Shown here: one piece after another, positions 37,175-50,500 of the stretch
Numbering within the stretch: position 1 is the first letter of the stretch
How the letters are laid out: each line of letters opens with the position of its first letter
Translations under genes and position numbers: made by a program
The notes under the pieces: generated by a model
The model's database searches: none
Seen by the model: the letters and a program-made list of their open reading frames with translations, nothing else
What the model was told of the DNA's origin: nothing
Source of the DNA: Glaucostegus cemiculus
Taxonomy: Eukaryota
Direction: 5' to 3'
Assembly: GCA_976551045.1 (NCBI GenBank)
Contig: CDPCPM010000056.1
Location: 17,546,001 to 17,610,000 of the forward strand
DNA: 64,000 nt

Positions 37175-39375
37175 GTAAGTGTAGAATTTAGTCTAAATTG
37201 AATATGTATACTGAACAAAACTATTCTGTTTCTCATTATCCTTGAATGTGCAACTAGTTGAAGCAGTATGTTTCACCTGCGTATACGTGTGTACACACTA
37301 ATGAAACCCTGCTCTTTGGTACACTTACAGGCTGATAGCTCGGATTTGTTTGCCTTCATGACAAGTTTAATTTGTGCTCGTCTGATGGTAATGATTTGGT
37401 TGCTGGTGGGTCCAAACATTTGACTCCTCGCTCTTTCTTTTATTTTCTTCCCTGTTTATGTCACGCGGCCAGTACACAGAATAGGAAGAGCGCGAAGGAA
37501 GCTGATCCTGAGCATTTTAAACGCTACATATCGGATGGTTTCAAATATCTCGGAATGAGTATCACTCTTGGTACACCGTCTTCCCCACCATCCCGCCCCC
37601 ATCAAACCTCCGTAAAGAAAAAAGCAAGTTGAGAGCAACCTCGTCAAAACATTTCCCACCTGACATCCAAAAATAAACTGGAATTTATTCCAAAAATCCA
37701 ACTTGTTACACTGCTTTGCAAATGCAGAACCTACCTTCTTGTCAACTGACAAGTTCTGAAAAAACTTTCCATTCAGAAAATAGCCTTGGATGGTATTTTC
37801 TTCCCCAAGCTTTCTGACATGTCTGGTAACTATCAAGATTTTAAGATTTAAATAAATACTGATGCCCGTGTTAGTTTTAAACTTGATAGTCTATATGTGT
37901 TGATTAAATGCCCTAACAGCGCAACATGCCTTATTTCCTGATGCTAGTTCTGTAATACCCCCGTGAACCCCACTCCTATGTTCTATTGAAATGCCTTTGG
38001 CAGAAAGGGGAATCGCGGGTGAGATGGGAAACTTACTCCCGATTCGCTCTTTCTCCATAAGATCATTCTAGAGTTGCGAAGGCTTTACAATACTTTGTTC
38101 TGATTGTTTGAGAAAAAAAGACTGCAATGAAAAGCGGAGGGTTAACTCAGCCCCAATGATGTGGAAGGAAAATTCCGGCTAACTTTCAGAATAACGACGA
38201 GTTAAATTCAGCTGGATTGTGAAGGGTCTTTCTGGATGGGATATACTTACCTCCAATATCGCCATGCCCTTGCGATAAGTTGTTTCGGAATTGTAATTAA
38301 ATGGGAGATTCCAGCTAAATATCTCAGCAAACCCCTGCGGGTCGGTTCCAATTTTCTTCCCGGAATTTCGAAGAAATTGACTACTTTTGCGATTCTGAAT
38401 TATTAACTTTAATAACTTGTTTGGCTAGATTAATAGATGACTAAAAAATGGAATTAATGTGAACAGGTATTACTGTTGCAAAAATGAATACATGAATGCG
38501 TGATGAAGTTATAAATGAAGACAGTATGGTCCACTTTAAAGTACTCTCACCGTTATTCAGTACAGCTGTAGCTGCCTTGTTGCCAATTCAGTAACTCTGC
38601 GCTGGTTGGTCATGTACCTGGGGTTTACTTTCCGGATGATCAAACAATTACCACTTGCGTCTCCCCACCCCGACTCTCTCCCCTCTCTCTTTCTGTTTCA
38701 CACATACGCACACACAGACAAACTAAATGTAATGGAGAAAGATGACAGTAACGGTGACCAGCAACTCAATAGAGCAGCGGAGTATATTTTACAGGTTCGG
38801 TAAATGCAGATTTAGTTCATGAGATAAGATACCAAGAAATGAAGACACGACTGAGAACTAGACTAATGCGGTAATTTCTGAATAGATAAAGATAGTTCCA
38901 AACTCATCTGAAACGAATTATAAATTAAATAATCAGTATTCCTAAAACAATTTTATTCGCACAGAGAGAATAAAGGTAGTGACATCTCTGTGTATGAATA
39001 TATTATGTACGCATACAAAACTTACCTGAATAATTTTAATAAACATTTATACCAACATTAAATACTTATGGTATTAGCTATATGTCTTCATGGGTCCAGT
39101 ATTTACAATGCCTCAACATATGCAGATAGATGCATAAATGATGTGTTATTCGTACACGTATCGGACAGCGTACGCAAAACCAGGAATGTCCGTCACAGTC
39201 TTGAAGAAAGGAATAGTTGGACAAGCAAGCATCGAAAATGGCAATAGGAAAAATGAAAGCGAAATAAAGACAAGAATCCAGACCAAGTTAGGAGAGGAAT
39301 GTGCAGCGCAAATGATGAGAAAGAGGCAGGTTTTCTGGAAACCGTATAAACTCTGGTGCATCTTCTTGGTACATA

Positions 39376-39376
<1 letters not shown>

Positions 39377-39442
<66 letters not shown>
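39377..39442 (+). repeat. (TG)33 microsatellite
   Basis: Read directly from the sequence. Confidence 0.99.
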
Positions 39443-39443
<1 letters not shown>

Positions 39444-42400
39444 TACACATTGTGTGGGGGGTGCTAGGGTTTGTGGGGGGTTGGGGGAGGTGGTTGTGGA
39501 ATCAACCTGGTGTCAGAGAGGATGATGAATGAACCGCACTGCAGTCGAAAGCTATTTCCACTTCTATTAGGTCCTGAGCCAAATGGGGATCAGGATGCAT
39601 ATTTTAAGGAATATCTAATAAATCTTGCCAAACTCGCCCCTACGGCGATGATCCCGATGCAGAGGTGACTGCTGAATGCTGGCCTACTTTGTAGCAAAGT
39701 AAATGTTTAGGAATCGCCTCTGTCGAAGTAATCAACATTCCTGGGCGCTGCTGTAAATCTCATTTCAATGAATTTTTTAAACTGTTTAGCAAGTGTCCAT
39801 AAATAATTACTTTCGTCCCAATGTACAAAGATTTAAGGAACAGAGTGGACCAGTGTAAGTGGCAAATCCCAGCGTTCTGAATTTAATCTAATTCAAGTGC
39901 AGTTCTATAAATCATGATTTTAAAACGCACAAGTAGCGCTCATGTTTGTTTAGTATGTGACCAAGGCCCATTTGACTTTATTTAATAATTAACAACAATT
40001 AAGAAACAATTAATTCTGTTGCATGTTTTTAATTTTGCGTCTGAGTATAATTGCGTTCAATTTCACTTGGAGTGACGGCCCACAATTACATACTCTTTAG
40101 CGCACTTTGACAGCGAGAAAACATCTCAATTAAGTATAATTAGCACATTTGAATATTGTTTGCCCTAAAGCTACACCCTAAAATATTTAATTATCACAAC
40201 TTAATTATTTAAACTAAAGTTGCCAGTGTTCCAATTATGTACAAACCCCTTTGGAATGTAAAGCAACTGTTTAACTGTATTTGTAGGTTTTGATGTCTCT
40301 TTATTATCTTCTATTGTAAAATATTAATAAGCACTTAACTAGTTTGCTGTCATTTTAATAATGCAAAAATAATGTAATTGTAAACACGCTGTTAAAATAT
40401 ATGTTGTATAAGCCTGTACCAGAGTTTCCAGAATTGACTGAAGGACAATATGTAGCGTATGAATATATTCATATTATTGCCCGAAATAATAAACGATTAC
40501 AGACGATACAGAAATGCCTCCCTTAGCTGCCAAAAGTCGCGCGTCTCATCTGAAAAAGAGACTTACATTTCTCCTTCTTCGGTGTCATCTCTCACCCTCC
40601 TACTCTCCATTTTTCTCTTGCTTTGATTTATGCAGTTCGATTAGGATTACTGTATATTTGGTTCCAGATCGTCGCTGCCGTTAGATTTGCCTTTGCCGAT
40701 GTAGATGACAGTAATAAATATATAATCATGTCCCGGAGCAAGGATCCCTTCCGGCAGCTCCGCCATGCCAAACTTTTAACACTGCACAAACCAGCAGATG
40801 ATCATCTTAAAGATGAAAATGCGGATAATCGTAACTTTTGTTTCCTTTTCATTTGTTACGGGAACAAAACTCGGAAAATGCATATTGAAGCCCGCTTAGT
40901 CTGTGCGGAAGACAATTGACCCGGGGACGTAATGAAGGAATAAAATAGCCACACAAATTCCATATGCCAAGTATTTTATCATTTTAAACTATATAGGCAG
41001 GTTGTAAAAATGTTTGATGACCATCTTCATGTTCAATGTATTTAAGAAATATTTATTACACTGTTTCTCAGTTATGCCAAATCTACTGTTCTCCCGTTAG
41101 CTCTAAACTCGATGTCTCTTTCGGGGTATCTGCTGATTATCTGTAGATATTTCGGATTAGTTGTGGCGCTACTAATTGCTATTGGATTTAAGGACGCTGT
41201 CTTTCTAGTACTGAAGTCGCTCGGGGCCCAACCCTTTCCACGGCCAGTTCTGTCTAAGACAATTCCCGGGATAGCAATTGTCAAAACAATACCTTTATTC
41301 GTTAACGAGTGCAAAGCTTCATCGTCTTTCTTGTTTTGATAATCTCTACCCCACCAGTGCTCCCGCCACATCCCACCACCTCCCCCCCCCCCATCCTAAC
41401 CACCCTTCCCCACTCTGACTCTCCATGTCTTTTCCCTTATTATTTGTCCACACGTCTTCTTTTGACATTCTGTCTCTGTCAACTCGCCTCTTCCCCGTCT
41501 TTCTTTTACCACCTTTTTTTTCTTCAACATTATCTTACATTGGAATGTGCATTCAGTTTAAGAACTTTGCGCAACTCCTAACCCAGAGAAATGCAAATCT
41601 CCATTGCCGAGACCCAAATGTCCTTTAATTTAGCATGGTAAAATCGAAGTTCATGAGAAATCTCAAACTAAATTATTGCTTCACCTTGAATATGCAGTGC
41701 AAGTGCTGAAACATTTTAACAATCTATTAGGGTTATTTGACATCACTGATGTTCCACATTTCAGTACCCAAGATTGCAGTAAATTTGTTCACTCCCCTGA
41801 GCCCCTGGGGAGACACAGCCAAGGCACCCATTTATATGCAGATTTACTGAATCAATAAAAGACAGTTTAAGATACACGTATGTACGGCATAATCTTAAAG
41901 GGTATTATGTTTATATGAAACCGTCTGAATATATACATATTTCTATATTAAATATAGATTCATACATCGTCACTGACTAAATATAGAGAAATACATTTTG
42001 ATATCTAGAATCTGTGCATGCGGAGTATATGAATGAGATTACTAGTGGATGGGTAGAATGAATCAATATCAATGGAGGAGACAGAGATATCCTTCAGTAA
42101 TTATGCAATTAAAGTTTGAGTTTAACCGGATTTAAGTCTCTTAACACGAAACAAATCGCCTGATTAAATTCGACCAAAAAAACCGCATCAGTCACACTAC
42201 ATTAAAGGGGATGGAGGTAATTATACCAATTACCTCTTTGTAATCGCGTGGTTCATAATTAATGGCTTTTCCCCCAACAGATAATTTGATAATAATAGAT
42301 AACACTGTTGCTGAAACATTTTGTCACCCTGTGGGTCACTCTCCATTTAGATAGAAAAAGGAAAATAAATTGAATCAGGATAAATCCAGAAAGTTTTGCT

Positions 42401-42521
42401 TCCCACTAAGTGCCAGCCTGTAGTGAATCTTTGCATATCAGATTGGAATTATACGACACCATTTTGACAATTGAAGCAATCTTGAATAGCCCAGTGTATA
42501 CCAGGTCCTACACTTAAGGGC

Positions 42522-42867
42522 ATTTAACATTAGGAATGGTCCATTATTTGCTATGGTCTTAACAGATTCTCTGCTACTTTTTAGCCTTCTTATCCATGTT
42601 ACTATTTTATCCCATATAGCATATAATATGCTTACTAGTTTCCTACACCTTGATGCCCATTCCACTGCAGTGAACAAAGTGACAGAAATAATGGGAGTAT
42701 TAGGGTAAATTCACCAATCACTTGATGGAGCTGCAGGCAAAATGGATCATTTACTCCATGGAAGCTAAATGGAATAAAATAGTAATCTAAACACACAAAA
42801 AGGCTAAAAAGTGGCAGCAGAAGCTGTTAAGACCATTGCAAATAATGGGTCATTCCTAATGTTAAAT
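42522..42867. repeat. Inverted-repeat (MITE or fold-back-like) element
   Basis: Arm 42522-42620 is the imperfect reverse complement of 42764-42867, e.g. ATTTAACATTAGGAATGGTCCATTATTTGCTATGGTCTTAACAG versus CTGTTAAGACCATTGCAAATAATGGGTCATTCCTAATGTTAAAT. Confidence 0.85.
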
Positions 42868-42879
42868 ACAGCCTTGAAT

Positions 42880-43330
42880 AGATTGCACACAGAGAAATGT
42901 GTGCAGTTCTGATCTCTGCTTAAAAAAAAGTAGTGAAGGAAGTGCAAAAGAATGTACACATTTTCCAGGAGTAACTTATCAGGTCTATGCCCTTTGATAG
43001 ATTAGATTCAGAGGAGAGCTTATGGAGGTTATTAAAGTAACAAAGTGCTTTGGTTAGGAATAGGAAAAAAAGCATTTCCACGTTTGGGTGAACTGGGGGC
43101 CCAAATGAAAAAGATTTTTGTTAACAGGTGAGATAGAGAACTTCTGTGAGATTCCTTTACACAGAATGCGCATAATTTGGATCTTGTACCCACACAATGT
43201 TGTTGAAGCAGATAGCACTGATACTTATAAGGGAAAGCTTGGTGTATACATGAAGCAGAGGGGAATCAAGGGGTGTGGGTACAGTGTGAAAAAGGTAATT
43301 AAAGTTAGAGGAGACTCAGGTTGAATTTAA
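42880..43330 (+). mobile_element. Degenerate CR1 3' fragment
   Basis: TGTGTGCAGTTCTG (CVQF) and the peptide VVEADSTDTYKGKLGVYMKQRGIKG. Confidence 0.65.
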
Positions 43331-44071
43331 ACGCTGGAAGTAATCATTTGAATTAGAGAGTAGAACAAGGCCTACAACTGTATTGCACAAATCTCTCTCC
43401 TGCGTTTTCTTTGAATATGCATTTCCAAATATGCCTTATAATCAGTCTGTATTGGGTGCTCCATGCAATGAGGTAAGTCTAGTGATGATTTCCACTGAAG
43501 TTAGCTGGTCACGAAAGATTACAATTAGATACACATATTATAAATATTGGACATGACAAGCTATAGTTAAAACTAAACATAATAAACAATTTGGTCACAA
43601 GTCATTCTATAAAACTCATCAACAATAAAGTGAAACGCATATGCTGATCGCATATCAATTTATAGTTATACCTGCCTATTGATAGTCTATGATGATCAGT
43701 GTTACCACAGGAATGTAAGAGTACATTATTTTTTGTTGTAAATCTGATACCATCCTTAATGCTGACTTTCCATTTCTACTCAAGAGTTTTACATAATAGC
43801 TGCAAAGTCATTGTAACTAAATAATAACACAAATACATTGCTGATACCAAACACTTTTAATGGCTCAATTATTAATCTGCTGCTACATGGGGAAATGAGG
43901 AATAAGGATGCAGATTCATTCTGTGGTTACAAGACATGTTTTGCTAGTTGTTCTCTGAAAACCTTGAGCCAGAGAAAGGAAAAAGGTTATCCAAAGTTAC
44001 CGTCACCAGTTGTCCTGCTGCAGTGTGCATATTCATGGTTTTCTAATGAAGGGAATCAGGTCAAGCACTAA

Positions 44072-44590
44072 TAGAACATAGAAAAGTGCAGTACAGGAAC
44101 AGTCCCTTTGGCCCACAATATCTGTGCTGAACGTGACGTCAAAGTAGACTAAATCTCTTCTGCCTGCACATGATCCATATCCCTCCATCCCTGCATATTC
44201 ATGAGCCTATCTAAAAGCCGCTTAAAAGCCACTTTTGTATCTGCTTTCACCACAACCCCTGGCAGCCCATTCCGGACACCTACCACTCTCTGCCCACACA
44301 TCTCCTTTAAACTTTTCCTCTCTCACCTTAAATGCATGTCCTCTAATATTTGACATTTCTACTCTAGAAAAAAGATCTGACTGTCTACCTATCTATGCCT
44401 CTTATAATTTTATAAACTTCTATCAGGTCTCCCCTTAGCCTCCAACGCGCCAGAGAAAACAATCCAAGTCTGTTCAACCTCTCCCTATAGCTTATACCCT
44501 CTAATCCAGCCAGCACCCTGGTAAACCTCTCCTGCATCTTCTCCAAAGCCTCCACATCCTTCCTGTAATGGGGTGACCGGAATTTCACAT
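44072..44590 (-). mobile_element. CR1-type LINE 3' fragment
   Basis: ORF 44385-44588 encodes SPHYRKDVEALEKMQERFTRVLAGLEGISYRERLNRLGLFSLARWRLRGDLIEVYKIIRGIDR. Confidence 0.9.
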
Positions 44591-44899
44591 GATGGCCTTC
44601 CCTTCATCCCTCTACTCTTGTGCATTCCTCATCATAAGGACATTCAGCACCTGTTAACAAGAAGTTCATCTGCACTGATGCACTGAAAAGTAGATCTTCT
44701 TTCTTTTCACTGTCAGTTTTTTTTCTTTTAAAAATTCATTATTTAATTAAAAGCAAGGAATTTTACAAAGGATTATTCTTATATAATTAATACTCATTTA
44801 AACTTAGTTTGTTCAACAATTTATTCAATAGTAATTATGGCCAAGGACACTATATTCAACAGAACTTACCCTTACTAAGGGTTTTTACAGTAAGACTAG

Positions 44900-45100
44900 T
44901 GCAATCTGCCCATCATCCTCACCCAGCCAGCCAGTCCCTGCTACACCCCTCCCCCTCACCTCTTTACACTGGATAGCACTCCTCAACACTCTCAGTCCTG
45001 ATGCAGGTTCTCGAACCGAAACATTGACCTTCCATCCAATTCCAGAGATGCTCCATGACCTGCTGAGTCCCTCCAGCAGTTTGTTCTTTTGCTTAAAGAT
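44900..45100 (+). mobile_element. Penelope-like terminal repeat with a hammerhead-like core
   Basis: GTC CTGATGC A GGTTC TC GAACC GAAAC ATT GAC at 44995-45028, then AGATGCT...CCTGCTGAGTCCCTCCAGCAGTTTG. Confidence 0.7.
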
Positions 45101-46549
45101 TTTTCTTCTCTCCACAGAATCCAATTGCTGAGAATTGCATTTTATATAAATTTCAATAAACCTGCAAAATATTCTCATGAATAAAACAGTGACACTATAC
45201 AACTCATAACATCTTTCCCATTGCTTAGGAAGTACAGCAAAGATGTGTAGCAATATAATTGATCAATTAAACAAGTGCAAAATCAAACATGTAGTGATTT
45301 AGAATGAATCCATGCAGTGAATTAATTCTTCAAAGGCCATTGGACCCTCTGAAATCTTGTAAAAATTGATTGTCCACTGATTTTAATTTGTTTGCAACCA
45401 ACAGAAACTGAAATAGTGGGAAACCAACTCATCTATCAGGATACTTGCATAATCTTTGTACCACTTATTTTATATAACACAATAGTTATACCCTCTCAAG
45501 CACAAAGTCTGCCTGTCCAATTAGAAAGCAGTGGTCCTTGTCAACAGGCCTTGCTAAATTTTCATTTCAGCTTTTTAACCTCCAGTTCACTTAAGACTTG
45601 ACAGAAGTTCAACCATGTAGGTGAGACATTTATAGCCCTTACTCTCAATTACAAAAAAAAATGCCATTCAAAAGAACAGTGAGTATAATTCAGGTAAGTA
45701 GTGGTGCATTTCAGGATTCATTAATTTAAAGAAAAGTAGAGTGAATTAAACCATTATCAATATAAATTCACTTTCAAAACTATATCAATAAAACCAGCAC
45801 TTTTAGTGACCAGTGACCAATGAGCACATATTATTGAAAGAAGGACTAGTAAAACTGAATGATAGGACAAACAAGCCCAAAAGTAAATGGTAACAAGTTT
45901 ATAGAAATAATGGGTTTCTTGTCTGTTTGTCTGTATAATATCCCTCAGAGCAAAGTGCATTTGCTCAGAAGTGTCTGTGGAATAGGTCAATTTAATGACA
46001 TTGTTTCATTGTAATAAATATATTGTTCAGAGCACATATAACAAGTCCCGAAGATAATGACAATTCTCCAATGATGTCCATTGATAATAAATGAGGTAGC
46101 TTTATGTCATTTTATGGAGATGTACATATGGCAATATGGTGGTTTGCTGCTTTTGTTGGTGTCAATTAATACTTCTTTCCATTAGTTTCTCTGTTCATTT
46201 TACAAACTTGTGTTCTCCAGCTACAAATTCATGAAAGCCTTGTACTGCTTAGTAAGACTCCATTATTTTGGTAGTTCTTTGCCCTCTTGCAATAAAGGTC
46301 CACATTCCTACTCTTAATTTCTTGATTGCTTGTGTTAACTGTACACTGGATTTGTGTGTCTTATACAAGGACACTATTTCTAAAAACTAACATTCCATTG
46401 TCTTTACCCCAAATGGTATTGGTAATTTTTTGTTCTACCTGCATGGTTCCCCACATTTTATTCCATCTTCTGGCTTCATACCCACTCACTAAACCTATTT
46501 TCCTCTGCAAACTGTTTCTGTCCTCATAATTTACTTTCCCACCTCTGTA

Positions 46550-47510
46550 CTAAATATTAACGATATGGATGAGAATGTAGGTGGCATGATTATAAAGGCT
46601 GCATATGACACCAAAACTGATGGTATGGTGCACAGTGAAGGAGCTTATCTAAGCTTACAACAGGATCTAGATCAATTGGGAAAGTGGACACAGGAATAGC
46701 AGATGGAACTTAACTCACCCAAGAGGGAATTATGCACTTTTGGAATTTAAACCTGGCAGGACTTACACAGTAAGGGACAGGATCCTGGGGAATGTTGTAG
46801 AACAGAGAGACCAAGTTATACAAGTATATTGTTCCCTGAAAGTGACAACACAGGCAGGCAAGGTGGTGAAGAACGTGAATGGCATGTTTGCCTTCATTGT
46901 ACAGGTCATTGAGTACAAGAGTTGGGATGAAATGTTACAGCTGTATAGGAGGTTGGTGAGACCATGCCAGTAATATTGTGTGTAGTTCTGGTTGCTATAT
47001 GATAGGAAGGATGTGAGAGAGTTCAGGAAAAAAATTATAAGGATGTTATTGGAACTGGAGGGCTTGAGTTATAAGGAAAGACTGGTGAGGCTGGGACTGT
47101 TTACCCTGTAGCAAAATAAACTGAGGGGTGACCTTACAGAGTTTAATAAGATCATGAGGGGCATAGATAAGATGAATGGTCACAATATTCTTCCCAGTGT
47201 GTGGGAGTCTAAAACTAGAAGGCAGAGATTTAAGGTGAGAGTGGAAAGATTTAAGTGGAACCTGAGGGGAAAGTTTTTCACACAGAGGGTAGTGGGTACA
47301 TGGAATAAGCTGTCAGAGGAAGTGGTAGGGGTGGGTACAATTACAAAATTTAAAAGACATTTTGACAGGTTCATGGATAGGAAAGGTTTAGAGGGATATG
47401 GGCCAAATGCTGGAAAGTAGGACCAGCTCAGGAAGATACCTTGATCAGCTTGGACAAGTTGGGCTGAAGGGCCTTTTTCCATGCTGCCTAACTCTATGAC
47501 TCCATGACTC
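46550..47510 (+). mobile_element. CR1-type LINE, ~950-bp 3' portion, inserted into an older minus-strand CR1 (~46200-46550 and ~47570-47830)
   Basis: ORFs 46740-46973 and 47154-47420 (RGIDKMNGHNILPSVWESKTRRQRFKVRVERFKWNLRGKFFTQRVVGTWNKL) and tail CTCTATGACTCCATGACTC. Confidence 0.9.
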
Positions 47511-50500
47511 TCTTGTATTGTCATTAAAATTGGATTATTACATTCACTCCCTACTTTTTAGTTATCACATAGACTCTGCATAGCTGATGCCCAGTACCAA
47601 CCTCTAGAAACCCCCACTACACCTACTCTTTGTTTTCTATCAACCAATCTTCCTTCTGAGTTAATATGTTACCATCAACCCATAAACCTGTATAATTTGC
47701 TGTAGCTTTTAGATAGCACCAGTGCCTTTTAGAAATTCAACACCACTGCATTCACCAGTGGTTAGTTACATTTTCAGAGAATTCTAATGAAGTTGTTAAA
47801 TACAAATTCCCTTTCACAGACAATTAACAATGGTTTTGTAGATCAGAATCATGGTCTGATGTGTATCTGGGGTGAGAAACAATCTGATTCTTTCCTCCAT
47901 GAATCTTCACTTTACATGGTCTGAGGTCAGGCCAGACTGACTCCAGATTAACACTATAAATTTATAGTTGATAATAAGTAAAGCCTCCTTGCCCCAGTGT
48001 TATGGAAACAGAGTAAGTCTAACCAAAAATCAGGGAAAAATGGCACTGTATGAATCCATCACTTGCATAGCCTTTGACTGACAGTGAAGTGTTGAGGCTG
48101 GTATTGGCACTGTTACTGTAAAGCTCCACTTTGAGTTATTCTGCCTCCGCACTGCTCTGCTGCAGGGCAAACTGGATTAACGTGTGGAGCTGTGTCCTAT
48201 AGCATTGGAACAATATTTCAATTTTTAATGTCAAAGGAATTGTCAGCTCTTTTGAATTGTTTTAAAATGAAGATAAAAAAAAATCTTGGGTGATCATAAA
48301 AATGGTGGGAGATTTTCTCCACAAAGTGACTTCAGTCCGGTTTCCAGAATACAATTGAATTAATTTCATGCATCACATTGTTTGTGTCAATGCAAGGCCA
48401 AAGCTACTTAGTGTAGAGCCAAACTGTGAAATATTGTATGATATGTAAATCTGCATCTAACCTATTGTTTCCCCACTAACAACTTTATTTCAAGAACATG
48501 TCAATGGACTGATTGGGCACACAAAACTTTAAAATTGAAGTTGAGAAAGTTGCCTTTGTACCATTTGGAATTATGCTGTTTAAAACTGTGTGCAACATTC
48601 CTTTCTTAATTATAAATGGTTATCTTGCACTAGAATAACTGCCATTATTTAAGACATGTTGTTCATCTTATGGCATGGAAATCAATGGCATGTTTCAGAA
48701 GTCATCATTTAAAAAAAAATCCTTATGCTTAAATTGAGGTTTGTGGAGGATTAGCAATAGAAGAGTTGAGGCCAGAATAGATCAGCCATGATCATATTGA
48801 ATGGCAAGCAGTCTTGAGGGTCCTGGTGGCTGCCTTCTGCCTCTATTTTCTCGCGTTCTTGCATTCTTATGTTATTTTGTGGTGCCAGAAACAATATAAT
48901 GTAATTTTTTTTTTCTCTGTAGAAAGGACATTTGGAATAGATTTTTCCTGATCACCACTTTTTATTTTGCATTCATTGAGATGTAGTTGCCAGTGTCTTA
49001 AATTGAAGCAATTTTTTCAATTTTTTGGGCATCTTAGACGTGTGTCAGGCATTCTCTGGTTAGATTCATCCTGTTTATGTGCACAAACCTTAAACTCGAT
49101 GACATGTATCAACCTAGAGTTCAGAAGAACATAGTCTGTTTCTGCTGCCAGTAAAATTTTTCAGTTTCCTACACCAGTCATTCCATTGCCCAGTTGAACA
49201 ATAGTGACAAATTAATTTCACTTGGTAGAAATTAGAATATTATTCTGCAGGCACTGGAACAAGCAGGTACTGGAATTGATCTTTTCATCATCAACAGAAT
49301 CATATTATCATAAACAAAAATGCACAATTCTGTGAATGTCAGCTACAGCTTCTACAGAATAAAAGAAGCACATCATGAAGCACTTACACTTGTATAATTG
49401 AGTAATGGATCATTTCAGGACAATGAGCAATGAATATCACAACTTTGATAAAGAACCATTATTGGAATTTACATATTTGGATCTGGCCACTTCTCCAATC
49501 TGATAAACATCAAAAAGGGCAAATTATTCTATGGCTTAGTAAAGTAATGAAGAAATGAGGTGAAAGAACTTAACTTTTACTTGTCACAGTTACCTGACTT
49601 TCCAATAATAATACTCTCAGAAACGTTTCCTGCCACTTCTGCAAATCACTCGTGTTGTAGATTTATAAATATTACAAGGAAAATAAAGTGAAATCATTAA
49701 AAAAGCAACAATAAAAACACTAACCCACACTCATTGTCTACTCCCTTGCACCTCCATCCTCTCCAACCTCAATGAATACCTTGACAGACAGGTTGCAAGA
49801 TCTCAGACCAGTAGTTCCAGTGCTGCATCCAGGCAGAATTCTGTTTATGCTGCTCAGCTTCAGCCTGGCTGGTGCTTAACTGCCCTGTATTTTCCTGAAT
49901 ACAGCTACATCAGAGCTGTTTCTAAAATGGTAAATGTTTCTATTTTGGGAAATGGAAGCCTGGCCTCTAAATATTTAAATGAAAGCTGTTTGGCTAGGTT
50001 TACAAACTGTCCATGGGGCACCACAGACCCACTGTGTATATTGTAAACTAGGCTTGACATTGCACTGGATTTATACTCCACAAAGTGCCAAACCATAAGT
50101 AATGAGGTGGCCCCTCCAGGGAGTCTCACTCTGCTTTACTCTAGAGGCAGGTCAGATCTTCAATCCAGATTTAAGCTGATGGAAAAATAAAATCCCATTG
50201 CATAGAAGGCAAACATGAAACTACAGGTGACCTACACATAAATATGAAAATAACTTCCCATTAACCATTTTATTTCAATGTTTAGCATTTCAATATTCAT
50301 CAGTTGCAACATTTGCATAATTACCTGTATATTAGAATAACCATCTCTTGATAGACTGCATTCAAATCCATGTAAAAGCAAACAAATTTCTGCCCTAGTC
50401 TGTGATATGCTCCAGTTCTCAAAGATTGCAGTATCCTAATTTTAATATATAAACTAATTTAATGTAGATTATGTAACAATTAGTAAAATCTACCATTTAT

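Larger units (their letters stand above)
13500..42400. promoter_or_regulatory. Large CpG-retaining (putatively unmethylated) domain
   Basis: CpG dinucleotides appear on most lines inside this span and are scarce outside, despite AT-rich composition. Boundaries estimated by eye. Confidence 0.75.

Noticed and set aside
39138-39450. ORFs with HTHTHT or CVCVCV repeats
   Set aside because: They are translations of the (TG)n microsatellite.
40252-40263. First 12 nt of miR-1 (TGGAATGTAAAG)
   Set aside because: The remainder does not match and there is no 5p arm upstream.
48905-48925. Strong acceptor-like TTTTTTTTTTCTCTGTAG
   Set aside because: No convincing downstream donor, and no open frame of note.
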